IMG/VR virus record: IMGVR_UViG_3300028593_000715
Direction: 5' to 3' (one strand)
DNA length: 64,000 bases
Origin: an uncultured virus (IMG/VR IMGVR_UViG_3300028593_000715)
Taxonomy: Duplodnaviria > Heunggongvirae > Uroviricota > Caudoviricetes
The position numbers and the translations under genes are program-made. Each line of letters opens with the position of its first letter. The first letter of the stretch is position 1. Positions 56,284 through 64,000 of this stretch are shown here, one piece after another. The notes beneath the pieces were generated by a model, which saw nothing but the letters and a program-made list of their open reading frames with translations, was not told the DNA's origin and did no database searches.

Positions 56284-57344
56284 TGGCGATAAATGTACTA
56301 AGTATATTTTCCGGCGGTGGTGGTATAGACTGTGGCTTCCGTAAAGCAGGATTTGAAATTGCTTTTTCTACTGATTTCTGGGAGCCCGCATGTCAGACAC
56401 TTGAAAAAAACCATAGTAGTAAGCTGGTTAAGTGCTGCGATATACGAAAAGTAAATTATGAACAAGAATTAGCTTCAATTGGGATGAAGCTTTCTGATAT
56501 TGATGTATTAGCAGGAGGCCCGCCGTGTCCTGCTTACTCAAAATCTAGATTTTACAGAACAGATAAGAAACGAGCATTGGAAGATGAGAACTCATTTACT
56601 CTTTACGAGTACTTCCGTGCACTCGAAGAAATACGTCCGAGAGTTTTCTTTTTCGAGAATGTCTTTGGCTTTGTTTATAAGCCACACAAAGCAGCATTCG
56701 ATTTGCTGAAAGAGCGAGCAGATACACTCGGCTATGACATTAGTTTCAAAGTGATAAACACTGCAAACTATGGTGTTCCACAGATTCGAGAACGTTTCAT
56801 TTGTGTAGGAATAAAGCGAGGCTTCGGTTCTCCTTTCGTTTTTCCTGACGAAACACATTATAATCCTGAAAAAGGAACTCCACTTGACAGCAATATGCGT
56901 CCGTGGGTAACTTGTGGAGAAGCTATAGGTGATTTAGATTATGATCTTCCCGAGGACGTGAATATGCAAGCAGGCTCAAAGCATAAAGACCTTCTGAAAC
57001 TTGTGCCTCCGGGAGACAACTATCTTTACTTCACTGCGGAAAGAGGCTATCCGAATCCGATTTTTAAGTGGCGTTCGCGTTATTGGTCGTTTTTACTTAA
57101 ATTGTCTCCGGAAAAGCCATCATGGACGATACAGGCAAGTTTTTCAAATAATATGGGACCGTTCCACTGGAAGAATAGATTCCTCAGAATTAATGAAATT
57201 AAACGTATACAAACTTTCCCTGATGACTATGAATTCTGCGGAGATTTCAGAGATCAGTGGCGTCAAATCGGAAATGCAGTTCCGCCTCATCTTGTTGAAC
57301 AGATTGCATCTGAAATTGAAAAACAATACTTTACTGAAAAATAG
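56283..57344 (+). CDS. C5 cytosine DNA methyltransferase 2
   Basis: FSGGGG, PPCPAYS, ENV and QIGNAV motifs. Confidence 0.95.
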   Translation: MAINVLSIFSGGGGIDCGFRKAGFEIAFSTDFWEPACQTLEKNHSSKLVKCCDIRKVNYEQELASIGMKLSDIDVLAGGPPCPAYSKSRFYRTDKKRALEDENSFTLYEYFRALEEIRPRVFFFENVFGFVYKPHKAAFDLLKERADTLGYDISFKVINTANYGVPQIRERFICVGIKRGFGSPFVFPDETHYNPEKGTPLDSNMRPWVTCGEAIGDLDYDLPEDVNMQAGSKHKDLLKLVPPGDNYLYFTAERGYPNPIFKWRSRYWSFLLKLSPEKPSWTIQASFSNNMGPFHWKNRFLRINEIKRIQTFPDDYEFCGDFRDQWRQIGNAVPPHLVEQIASEIEKQYFTEK

Positions 57345-57355
57345 GGAGGTAAAAA

Positions 57356-58897
57356 ATGGCTGAATACTTATGGGCAAAAGCTGATGGCCAGATAATAGGA
57401 GCAGAATATAATCCCAGTACAGACACATTAAAAAACGACCAAGTACAGAATATTCTGCAAAATGCATTCACTCAATTTGGTCATACTGCGACATGTAAGC
57501 CAGTGAGCAGCGATTTTGGCGAAGTTTATGAGATAATCTTAGACGGAGATACCGCAAAGCCAATTTATGTCTGTGCAAAAGGAACAACTCCCGGAGGTAG
57601 AGATAATTTAAAAGACGAGCAGCGCATTCAACAGAAAAAAGAACAGATTAATAAGGCATTTGATCTTTCTCAAAAAGGGTATCGTACTATACACCTTGGA
57701 GTCTATAGAAGAGAAAGTCAAATAATCTTTTGCGCATGGCTTTTGAAACACTCAGATGCAGCTCCGAATTCACCTGTATCGAAACAGATTAAAATCAAGA
57801 CAATTGCAGATGCCATGAAGAAAGGTTTTGTAACACAAGAGAAGAAAGACAAAGCTGGGATGGAACTGGCATGTGCTTTTAGAAAAGAGTTCCTGTTCTT
57901 CTATCTTGAAAATTTCCGGTGGTTTCATAAGAAACCTATAACCACATTGACATCTCATACCACACCCTTACCGGATAAAACATTTACTGGATTAAGGAAG
58001 GGGGAAAACATTTTATTATATGGTGTCCCCGGGTGCGGAAAAAGTCATACGATAAAGACGGAATTCTGTGATGATGAGAAATATATGGAAAGAGTCGTAT
58101 TCCATCCAGACTATACTTCTTCAGATTTTATTGGCCAGATAATGCCAACAAATATTGATGGCCACATAAGCTATCCTTTTGTCCCGGGACCATTCACTCG
58201 TATTCTAAAAAAAGCCATCGCTGATAGCCAGCACGAGTATTTCCTTATTATCGAAGAAATAAACCGCGGTAATGCGCCGGCAATTTTCGGAGAAGTATTT
58301 CAGCTTTTGGACCGTAATGAAGGTGTCAGTGAATACGGAATATCTAATGCAGAAATTGCAAAAGAAGTGTATGGCGATGCAACCAAAATGGTAAAAATAC
58401 CTTCAAACCTATTCGTTCTTGCAACAATGAATACCGCCGACCAGAACGTATTCACACTCGATACAGCATTCAAGCGTCGTTGGTCAATGCGCAGCATAAA
58501 GAACGATATCGCAAACTGCGAGTATGCAGATAAAACTATATGCGGAACAACAGTTACATGGCGTTTCTTTGCTGAAACTATTAATGAACTTATCATCAGA
58601 CTTGGACAGAATAGTTTAAGCAGTGAGGATAAAAGGCTGGGTGCATATTTTGCCCGAGAAACCGAATTGAATAACACTTCCGCATTTGCTGAAAAAGTTC
58701 TTATGTATTTGTGGAATGATGCCTTTAAATATGACCACTCTGCCGTTTTTAAACCAGAATACACTACATTAGAGCAATTAATTGCGGGGTTCAAATCACT
58801 TCATTTCGGAGTTTTTCTTGATTCAATTGGGTTTGGTAATCCTGATTCGGAAACCGCATCAAACACTGACGAGCAGCAAGATCAAGGTGAAACCTGA
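57356..58897 (+). CDS. McrB-like AAA+ GTPase (LlaJI R1-like)
   Basis: GVPGCGKS, IIEEINRGN, MNTADQN and DTAFKRRW motifs. Confidence 0.9.
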   Translation: MAEYLWAKADGQIIGAEYNPSTDTLKNDQVQNILQNAFTQFGHTATCKPVSSDFGEVYEIILDGDTAKPIYVCAKGTTPGGRDNLKDEQRIQQKKEQINKAFDLSQKGYRTIHLGVYRRESQIIFCAWLLKHSDAAPNSPVSKQIKIKTIADAMKKGFVTQEKKDKAGMELACAFRKEFLFFYLENFRWFHKKPITTLTSHTTPLPDKTFTGLRKGENILLYGVPGCGKSHTIKTEFCDDEKYMERVVFHPDYTSSDFIGQIMPTNIDGHISYPFVPGPFTRILKKAIADSQHEYFLIIEEINRGNAPAIFGEVFQLLDRNEGVSEYGISNAEIAKEVYGDATKMVKIPSNLFVLATMNTADQNVFTLDTAFKRRWSMRSIKNDIANCEYADKTICGTTVTWRFFAETINELIIRLGQNSLSSEDKRLGAYFARETELNNTSAFAEKVLMYLWNDAFKYDHSAVFKPEYTTLEQLIAGFKSLHFGVFLDSIGFGNPDSETASNTDEQQDQGET

Positions 58898-60135
58898 TGT
58901 TAAGAGAAATATGTAAACTTGTGTCGTATGATGATGATTTTGTTGGACTCCATTTTATTGATAATAAGCCAGAAGTAGTGTTTCCACGTGGTTATTCAAT
59001 ATCAATAGATGATGATGATGTCCGGCGAGATATTCTTAGCCTGTTATCTGCAATTCAAAAGTATAGCGGTCAATGTAAAGGCAACAAGAATACAATGGAA
59101 AATGGAGATAATACTCTTGACTTTCCTATTTTATCATACCAATACATTATTCTTGATTTTCTTCAGAACGGCTACTATACTGAAAAAGAGGTGCGTTATG
59201 TTGAAGCACCTAAAGGCAAAATCAACTGGAAAAGAACTATTCAAATGGAGAAGCCACATTTAGATGGTGACAACATTGTTTATTTGAAATTTATTGTTAA
59301 GACGAATCAAATAAAACATGATCATTTGCTTACCCTTATTCATGAGTACTGCGTTTATGAAAGCTTTCGAAGATTGGGCTGGCTTTATGTTACTAGCAGC
59401 GTTCTTCCTCAAAAGCCACGTTTACCTCTAAATAAGACTCTTTTCTTGTCGGTGTTAAACTCTGAGATAAGTCAGACCTTCAACGATAACAAGAAACGTC
59501 TTTTAAAAAGCATGATTAATATTATTACTGAAGCTTCTGAAAGTAGTGATGATAAAACTAAGGCAGCATTTGGTGTACAGCGATTTGAATATGTCTGGGA
59601 AGCAATGGTCGATTATGTTTTCGGTGAAGACAATCGGGAACAGTATTATCCCAAAGCGCACTGGTATATTGTAACTCCAAACGGCTTTAAGGTCGAAAGT
59701 AGCGAACTGCGCCCAGATACTATTATGAAGCACAATGGAAAAATCTACATTTTAGATGCAAAGTACTATAAGTATGGCGTAACAAGAATTCCTGCTCATT
59801 TACCAACTACTGATTCAATTCAAAAACAAATAACATACGGTGATTATATTGCTCAAAAAGGATTTGCCCCAAAAGAAAAAATCTTTAACGCCTTCATAAT
59901 GCCGTATTCCGGTTTAGGTAAAGATGCAATTCCATATAGTTTCGCAAGTGTAGGACTTGCCGATTGGCGTTCGTATGAAGCAAACCCGAACAACTATGAA
60001 TTTGTACTCGGCATACTTATGGATACTAAGCATCTCATCACTTCATATGTTAAACATAATATTGAGGAAATTGAACGACTCAGCTTATTTATCGAAGGCG
60101 CTCTCGATCAATACAAGCTGTCCCAAAGGAGTTAG
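58897..60135 (+). CDS. LlaJI-family (McrC-like) restriction endonuclease
   Basis: FVGL, FPRGY, GKINWKRTI, LRPDTI..LDAKYY and KQITY motifs. Confidence 0.88.
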   Translation: MLREICKLVSYDDDFVGLHFIDNKPEVVFPRGYSISIDDDDVRRDILSLLSAIQKYSGQCKGNKNTMENGDNTLDFPILSYQYIILDFLQNGYYTEKEVRYVEAPKGKINWKRTIQMEKPHLDGDNIVYLKFIVKTNQIKHDHLLTLIHEYCVYESFRRLGWLYVTSSVLPQKPRLPLNKTLFLSVLNSEISQTFNDNKKRLLKSMINIITEASESSDDKTKAAFGVQRFEYVWEAMVDYVFGEDNREQYYPKAHWYIVTPNGFKVESSELRPDTIMKHNGKIYILDAKYYKYGVTRIPAHLPTTDSIQKQITYGDYIAQKGFAPKEKIFNAFIMPYSGLGKDAIPYSFASVGLADWRSYEANPNNYEFVLGILMDTKHLITSYVKHNIEEIERLSLFIEGALDQYKLSQRS

Positions 60136-60138
60136 AAT

Positions 60139-60396
60139 ATGGATACACTTCCGTCAAAAAGTGAGTTAGCGGTTGTGGTTCTGGAGGTTCTTCAGGAACA
60201 AAGTCCTATGAAAACGGCTGAAATTAATGAAGCTGTTATCAAGAAAATGCAAATACCAGAACACCTACTTGAAATTGAAGATGCTAATTGCACCGGTTCT
60301 GAATTCAGCTATAGAATCAGATGGGCTCGCACACAGTTAAAACAAGAAGGCAAAATCAGTAATCCCGAACGCGGAGTATGGAAAATAAAAGAATGA
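60139..60396 (+). CDS. Stand-alone Mrr N-terminal-like winged-helix protein
   Basis: YRIRWARTQLK..G.I..PERGVW motif. Confidence 0.8.
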   Translation: MDTLPSKSELAVVVLEVLQEQSPMKTAEINEAVIKKMQIPEHLLEIEDANCTGSEFSYRIRWARTQLKQEGKISNPERGVWKIKE

Positions 60397-60400
60397 TGTG

Positions 60401-60435
60401 ATCGCCAAGTGGCTTATAACCACTTGGCGATTTTT
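60401..60435 (+). terminator. Terminator of RM operon
   Basis: ATCGCCAAGTGG...CCACTTGGCGAT plus T-run. Confidence 0.8.
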
Positions 60436-60549
60436 ACATTTTAACGAACACACTATAATTCAACGAACAGTCCCAGTTCGTTGAATTATGCACCCAGCCG
60501 CATTCAGCGTACAGGCGGCAGGACAAAAAAATAAGACCTTATCGGTCTG

Positions 60550-61194
60550 TCATTCGCAAAAAAGCCCAGAAATAGCGCCTATTTGCGGTATTCTTTGTAT
60601 CAATCTCGGAACTGCTTTATCCGCCATTTTCTCACCGATCACAGGGCGTATCATCTGAGCCATGAAATCGGTCACAGCACGGGGCGTGTAAAACTCACCA
60701 GCCGAGCCTGCACTCTGCAATTCTTTCAAGATAGACTCATAAATATCACCAAATGCGTGGCTTTCCTCATAATTGGTAAGGTCAAGCTCATCAATGACAT
60801 TGACTACCTGTCGGAGCAGAACACCGTCCTTCATGTAGTTGTTGGTGTCCTCAAATGTTGTCTTGACGATAGCCTTATTGATAGGCGTAGTCTTGGAAAC
60901 TTGTATGCCTTTCAGTGTAGGAAACAGCGTATTATTGACGAAATCAAGCAGATCATCGCCTGTTAGTGCTGTACCCTTGCCGTCATCTACTGCCCAATTA
61001 CGCCAGCGGCATTCTTCGGGAATGATAGACTCATAGGCATCATCATCAAATTCCCAATCTTCTTCCTTTGTGTCGTAAACCTTGAGAAACAGCAGCCAAG
61101 CGATCTGCTCGATACGCTGTGCATCACCGTTGATACCTGCATCGTTTCTCATAATATCCCGTAATCTCTTTACGAAATTACCTAAACTGCTCAT
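60550..61194 (-). pseudogene. hsdM: HsdM 5' fragment (192 host codons plus 22 prophage-derived codons)
   Basis: MRNDAG..GDAQRIEQ and AGEFYTPRAV motifs; HsdM-like sequence ends at EKMAD. Confidence 0.95.
60595..60621. other. Right attachment junction: 25-bp phage arm plus TC core
   Basis: ttgtatcaatctcggaactgcttta-TC-cgccat; mirrors the left arm. Confidence 0.9.
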
Positions 61195-61817
61195 TATTCA
61201 TCCTCCTCAACAATAAACGGAAGCTTTATATCTGTTCCATATGCTTCGTTTATACGTTTTGTTTGCTCCAACATTAACTTTCCAATCATAGCTCTTGTAG
61301 GATAAATCCTTTGTGGTTCATTCATATCTTCACTATATACAGATGCAACTACCGGAGGCATATGTAACACACCATAAGCAAATGGATCATTTTCATCAAG
61401 GATACCGCTTTCATTTGAAAATGAGTGATTCTTCAATGTATGATCTTCAACAGTTATCAGGGCAATTCCATGAGCTTTTGCGTACTGAATTGCACCACTT
61501 TGAAAATCACTTGTAGCAAGTAGTATTCCTTTATGAGCACCGATACTCTCAATTTTATCATGTAAAACAGCAACTTTTTCTCTGCTTACAGATGAAGTAT
61601 ATTGTTTACACTCACATAAAACCTTAAATTTTGAATTAAGTGCAGTAAATTCAGCATATACATCGATTTGATAAGTTCCGTCATATGTTTCAATTATTAC
61701 ATTGTGTGTAATTGTGAAGTCTTTAAGACCTTCTTTCTCAGCATATCCTTCTAAAATAGAATAACAATGCTTTTCAAAATCTGTAGGTGAGAGACCTAAA
61801 ACATAGTCATTACTCAT
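61194..61817 (-). CDS. Mrr_cat-like restriction endonuclease
   Basis: P.DFE, QIDV..ECKQY and TSDFQSGA..YA motifs; AT-rich. Confidence 0.85.
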   Translation of the reverse strand: MSNDYVLGLSPTDFEKHCYSILEGYAEKEGLKDFTITHNVIIETYDGTYQIDVYAEFTALNSKFKVLCECKQYTSSVSREKVAVLHDKIESIGAHKGILLATSDFQSGAIQYAKAHGIALITVEDHTLKNHSFSNESGILDENDPFAYGVLHMPPVVASVYSEDMNEPQRIYPTRAMIGKLMLEQTKRINEAYGTDIKLPFIVEEDE

Positions 61818-64000
61818 TTAGGAGATCTCCTTGTAAATTTCTTGTTCCAGTTCGCGGACAGCCTGAATATAGCCGTCTTTTCCACCGAACAGCTTTACGA
61901 TTGCGGCAGGCTTGCCCATTCTGATAAACGGATCGAGCTTCAACACCTGCGTATCCTCTATCTGATAGATGCCCTCGTTGGAGTACATTTCAAGCAGAGC
62001 TTCAATGACCTCTCTTGCCATTCCGCTGTACTTGCTGATAAAGTCACGCTTCTTCACATCATTCGCACGCTCTCTGCGTGTCAGCGGTTTCTTGTCGAAC
62101 GCAACATGAATGATGAAATCAAAATCGTCAATATCGCCCATACCCTGTGATTCTTTCAGGGCTTGCAGGTCAATTCCGTGTTCCTTGAAAAGCTCGGATA
62201 TGGTCTTTTTCTTTTCCTCACCGTTCCAACTTCTGATAAAATGCTCTAAGTCGGCGTATTCTCCGAGGATATTTGTTCTTGTATAGTCTATGATATTCTC
62301 ATGTCGGAGGAGCTTGCCGTCGGCATCATAGACCGATACCACCTTGTTGATGATCCGGACAGTACAGCCGTTCACATCGACATAGGGCTTCTCCTGCGGC
62401 TCAGGAGGAGGGAGAGGCGGATCGACAATAATATCCGGTCCCTCTTTCGGTTTCGGAGGGTGATAGTTAGGATCAATTTCAACCGGACCGTCCCACTTTT
62501 CATCGTAGAACAGCCTTGTCACACCTCTGAAATCCATAACAACGAAGTGTGTTTTGCCTTCTTTTTCACGCAGTCTGGTTCCTCTACCAATGATCTGCTT
62601 GAACTCGGTCATAGAGCCGATATTCTCATCAAGCACGATCAGCTTTGTCATTTTGCAGTCAGCACCCGTAGACAGGAGCTTAGAAGTCGTAGCGATAACA
62701 GGATAAGGAGAGCCGACAGAGATGAAGTAATCGAGCTTGCTCTTGCCGTACTCGTCCGAGCCTGTGATACGCACCACATAATCAGGATTCTGAGCAACCA
62801 TATCCGCATTGAAGTTGACAAGAGCCACCCTCATACGCTCCGCAGCATCCTCAGTCGCGCAGAATACGATCGTTTTCTGCATACGGTCTGTGCTGATAAG
62901 GTAGTTCGTAATTTCAAGGGCAACCTGGTTGATTCTGTCTTGAATAATGATATTGTAGTCATAGTCGGTATTGTTGTATATCCTGTCCTCAATCTCGTTG
63001 CCGTAATAGTCACGCTGTCCTTTCAGCGGTCTCCAGCCGTCACTAATGTCTGTTGTGATGCTGATGACCTTAAACGGGGCGAGAAATCCGTCCTCAATGC
63101 CGTTTTTGAGGGAGTATGTGTAGATCGGTTCGCCAAAATACGAAATGTTAGAAGTATATGTTGTCTCCTTCGGAGTAGCGGTCATACCGATCTGTGTAGC
63201 CGAGGAGAAGTATTCCAGTATCCTGCGCCACTTACTGTCCTCTTTTGCACTACCTCTGTGGCACTCGTCTACGATGATAAGGTCAAAGAAATCCTTGTCG
63301 AAAAGCTCAGAGAAATGCTCCTTATCATCATCACCGATCAACTGCTGATATAGCGAGAAATAGACCTGATGTGAGGTGATAGTGGTTTTGTTATCCTTAG
63401 CAACATTGATCTTGTGGATAACCTTTTCAAGCGGAGAGAAATCCTGCTGAATGGACTGATCCACAAGGATATTCCTGTCGGCAAGATACAGTATCTTACG
63501 CTTCATACCGCTTTTCAGCAAACGGTACACGATCTGGAACGCAGTATAGGTCTTGCCCGTGCCTGTTGCCATGACGAGCAGGAGTCTCATTACACCACGA
63601 GCAATAGCATCAACAGTACGGTTTACTGCTACACGCTGATAATATCTCGGCTCGTAGGTGTTCTGGCTTGAATAGTAAGGCTGGCTGATAACTGCAAGCT
63701 CATTTGCAGACAGACCTTGCCCGCCGTTCGCATTTGCCTTGTATCGTTCCATAAGCTCATCAGGTGTAGGGAAATCATCAAGTGCGATCTCACGCTCCAT
63801 ACCTGTCAGCATATCGTGTTCATAGAAAGCATCACCATTGGAGCTGTAAACGAAAGGTACATCCATCATTTGAGCATAAGCGATAGCCTGCTGTAAGCCG
63901 AATGATACGCTATGGTTGTTGTCCTTAGCTTCAACGATCGCTATGGGGAAACTGCTGCTCCAATACAGGACATAATCGGCAAACTTGGCACTTTTCTTAT
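61818..64000 (-). CDS. hsdR: Type I RM restriction subunit HsdR (5' end outside window)
   Basis: MATGTGKT, DECHRG, MTATP and QIIGRGTR motifs. Confidence 0.95.
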   Translation of the reverse strand, partial: KKSAKFADYVLYWSSSFPIAIVEAKDNNHSVSFGLQQAIAYAQMMDVPFVYSSNGDAFYEHDMLTGMEREIALDDFPTPDELMERYKANANGGQGLSANELAVISQPYYSSQNTYEPRYYQRVAVNRTVDAIARGVMRLLLVMATGTGKTYTAFQIVYRLLKSGMKRKILYLADRNILVDQSIQQDFSPLEKVIHKINVAKDNKTTITSHQVYFSLYQQLIGDDDKEHFSELFDKDFFDLIIVDECHRGSAKEDSKWRRILEYFSSATQIGMTATPKETTYTSNISYFGEPIYTYSLKNGIEDGFLAPFKVISITTDISDGWRPLKGQRDYYGNEIEDRIYNNTDYDYNIIIQDRINQVALEITNYLISTDRMQKTIVFCATEDAAERMRVALVNFNADMVAQNPDYVVRITGSDEYGKSKLDYFISVGSPYPVIATTSKLLSTGADCKMTKLIVLDENIGSMTEFKQIIGRGTRLREKEGKTHFVVMDFRGVTRLFYDEKWDGPVEIDPNYHPPKPKEGPDIIVDPPLPPPEPQEKPYVDVNGCTVRIINKVVSVYDADGKLLRHENIIDYTRTNILGEYADLEHFIRSWNGEEKKKTISELFKEHGIDLQALKESQGMGDIDDFDFIIHVAFDKKPLTRRERANDVKKRDFISKYSGMAREVIEALLEMYSNEGIYQIEDTQVLKLDPFIRMGKPAAIVKLFGGKDGYIQAVRELEQEIYKEIS

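Larger units (their letters stand above)
1118..60621. mobile_element. Prophage (siphovirus-like, serine recombinase integrated) inserted in hsdM
   Basis: Full set of head, tail, lysis, packaging and replication genes; both boundaries defined by hsdM halves and a shared TC core (1118-1119, 60620-60621). Confidence 0.93.

Noticed and set aside
60464..60480. CGAAC...GTTCG as a LexA (Cheo) box
   Set aside because: The spacer is 7 bp, not the required 4 bp
1..64000. tRNA or rRNA genes, IS transposases
   Set aside because: None recognised by eye; a tRNAscan-SE or ISEScan run would be needed to exclude them

Overview
The window holds one apparently complete siphovirus-type prophage of about 59.5 kb (about 1118-60621), probably from a Clostridia host (Ruminococcus-like is a guess from gene content). 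It is integrated inside the hsdM gene of a host Type I restriction-modification operon (hsdR - Mrr-like nuclease - hsdM - hsdS, minus strand). The insertion splits the Asp codon of the SAM-binding motif (EKMAD|FACGTGG) at a shared 2-bp core (GA on the minus strand). The core is flanked by symmetric 25-bp arms, as expected for a large serine recombinase. Precise excision would rebuild a 495-aa HsdM. The prophage carries its own defence cargo at both ends: a LlaJI-like RM operon (two C5 MTases, a McrB-like GTPase and a LlaJI-type nuclease) at the right, and a GmrSD-like DUF262 protein plus an SMI1/Tox-GHH pair at the left. The core has two serine recombinases, lysis, tail, head and packaging genes, a PolA/SSB/VapE/SNF2 replication module, a sigma-like regulator and an ImmA/IrrE-like protein. 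Several AT-rich morons with their own sigma70 promoters interrupt the late genes. Non-coding structure seen directly includes: a 12-bp boundary motif shared by two unrelated morons, a tandem two-moron array built from duplicated gene ends, five copies of one promoter in the amidoligase/GGCT cluster, three copies of a putative phage-sigma promoter, a duplicated origin-like segment, and an attenuator-like leader on the sigma gene. Product calls come from motif recognition only; no searches were run.
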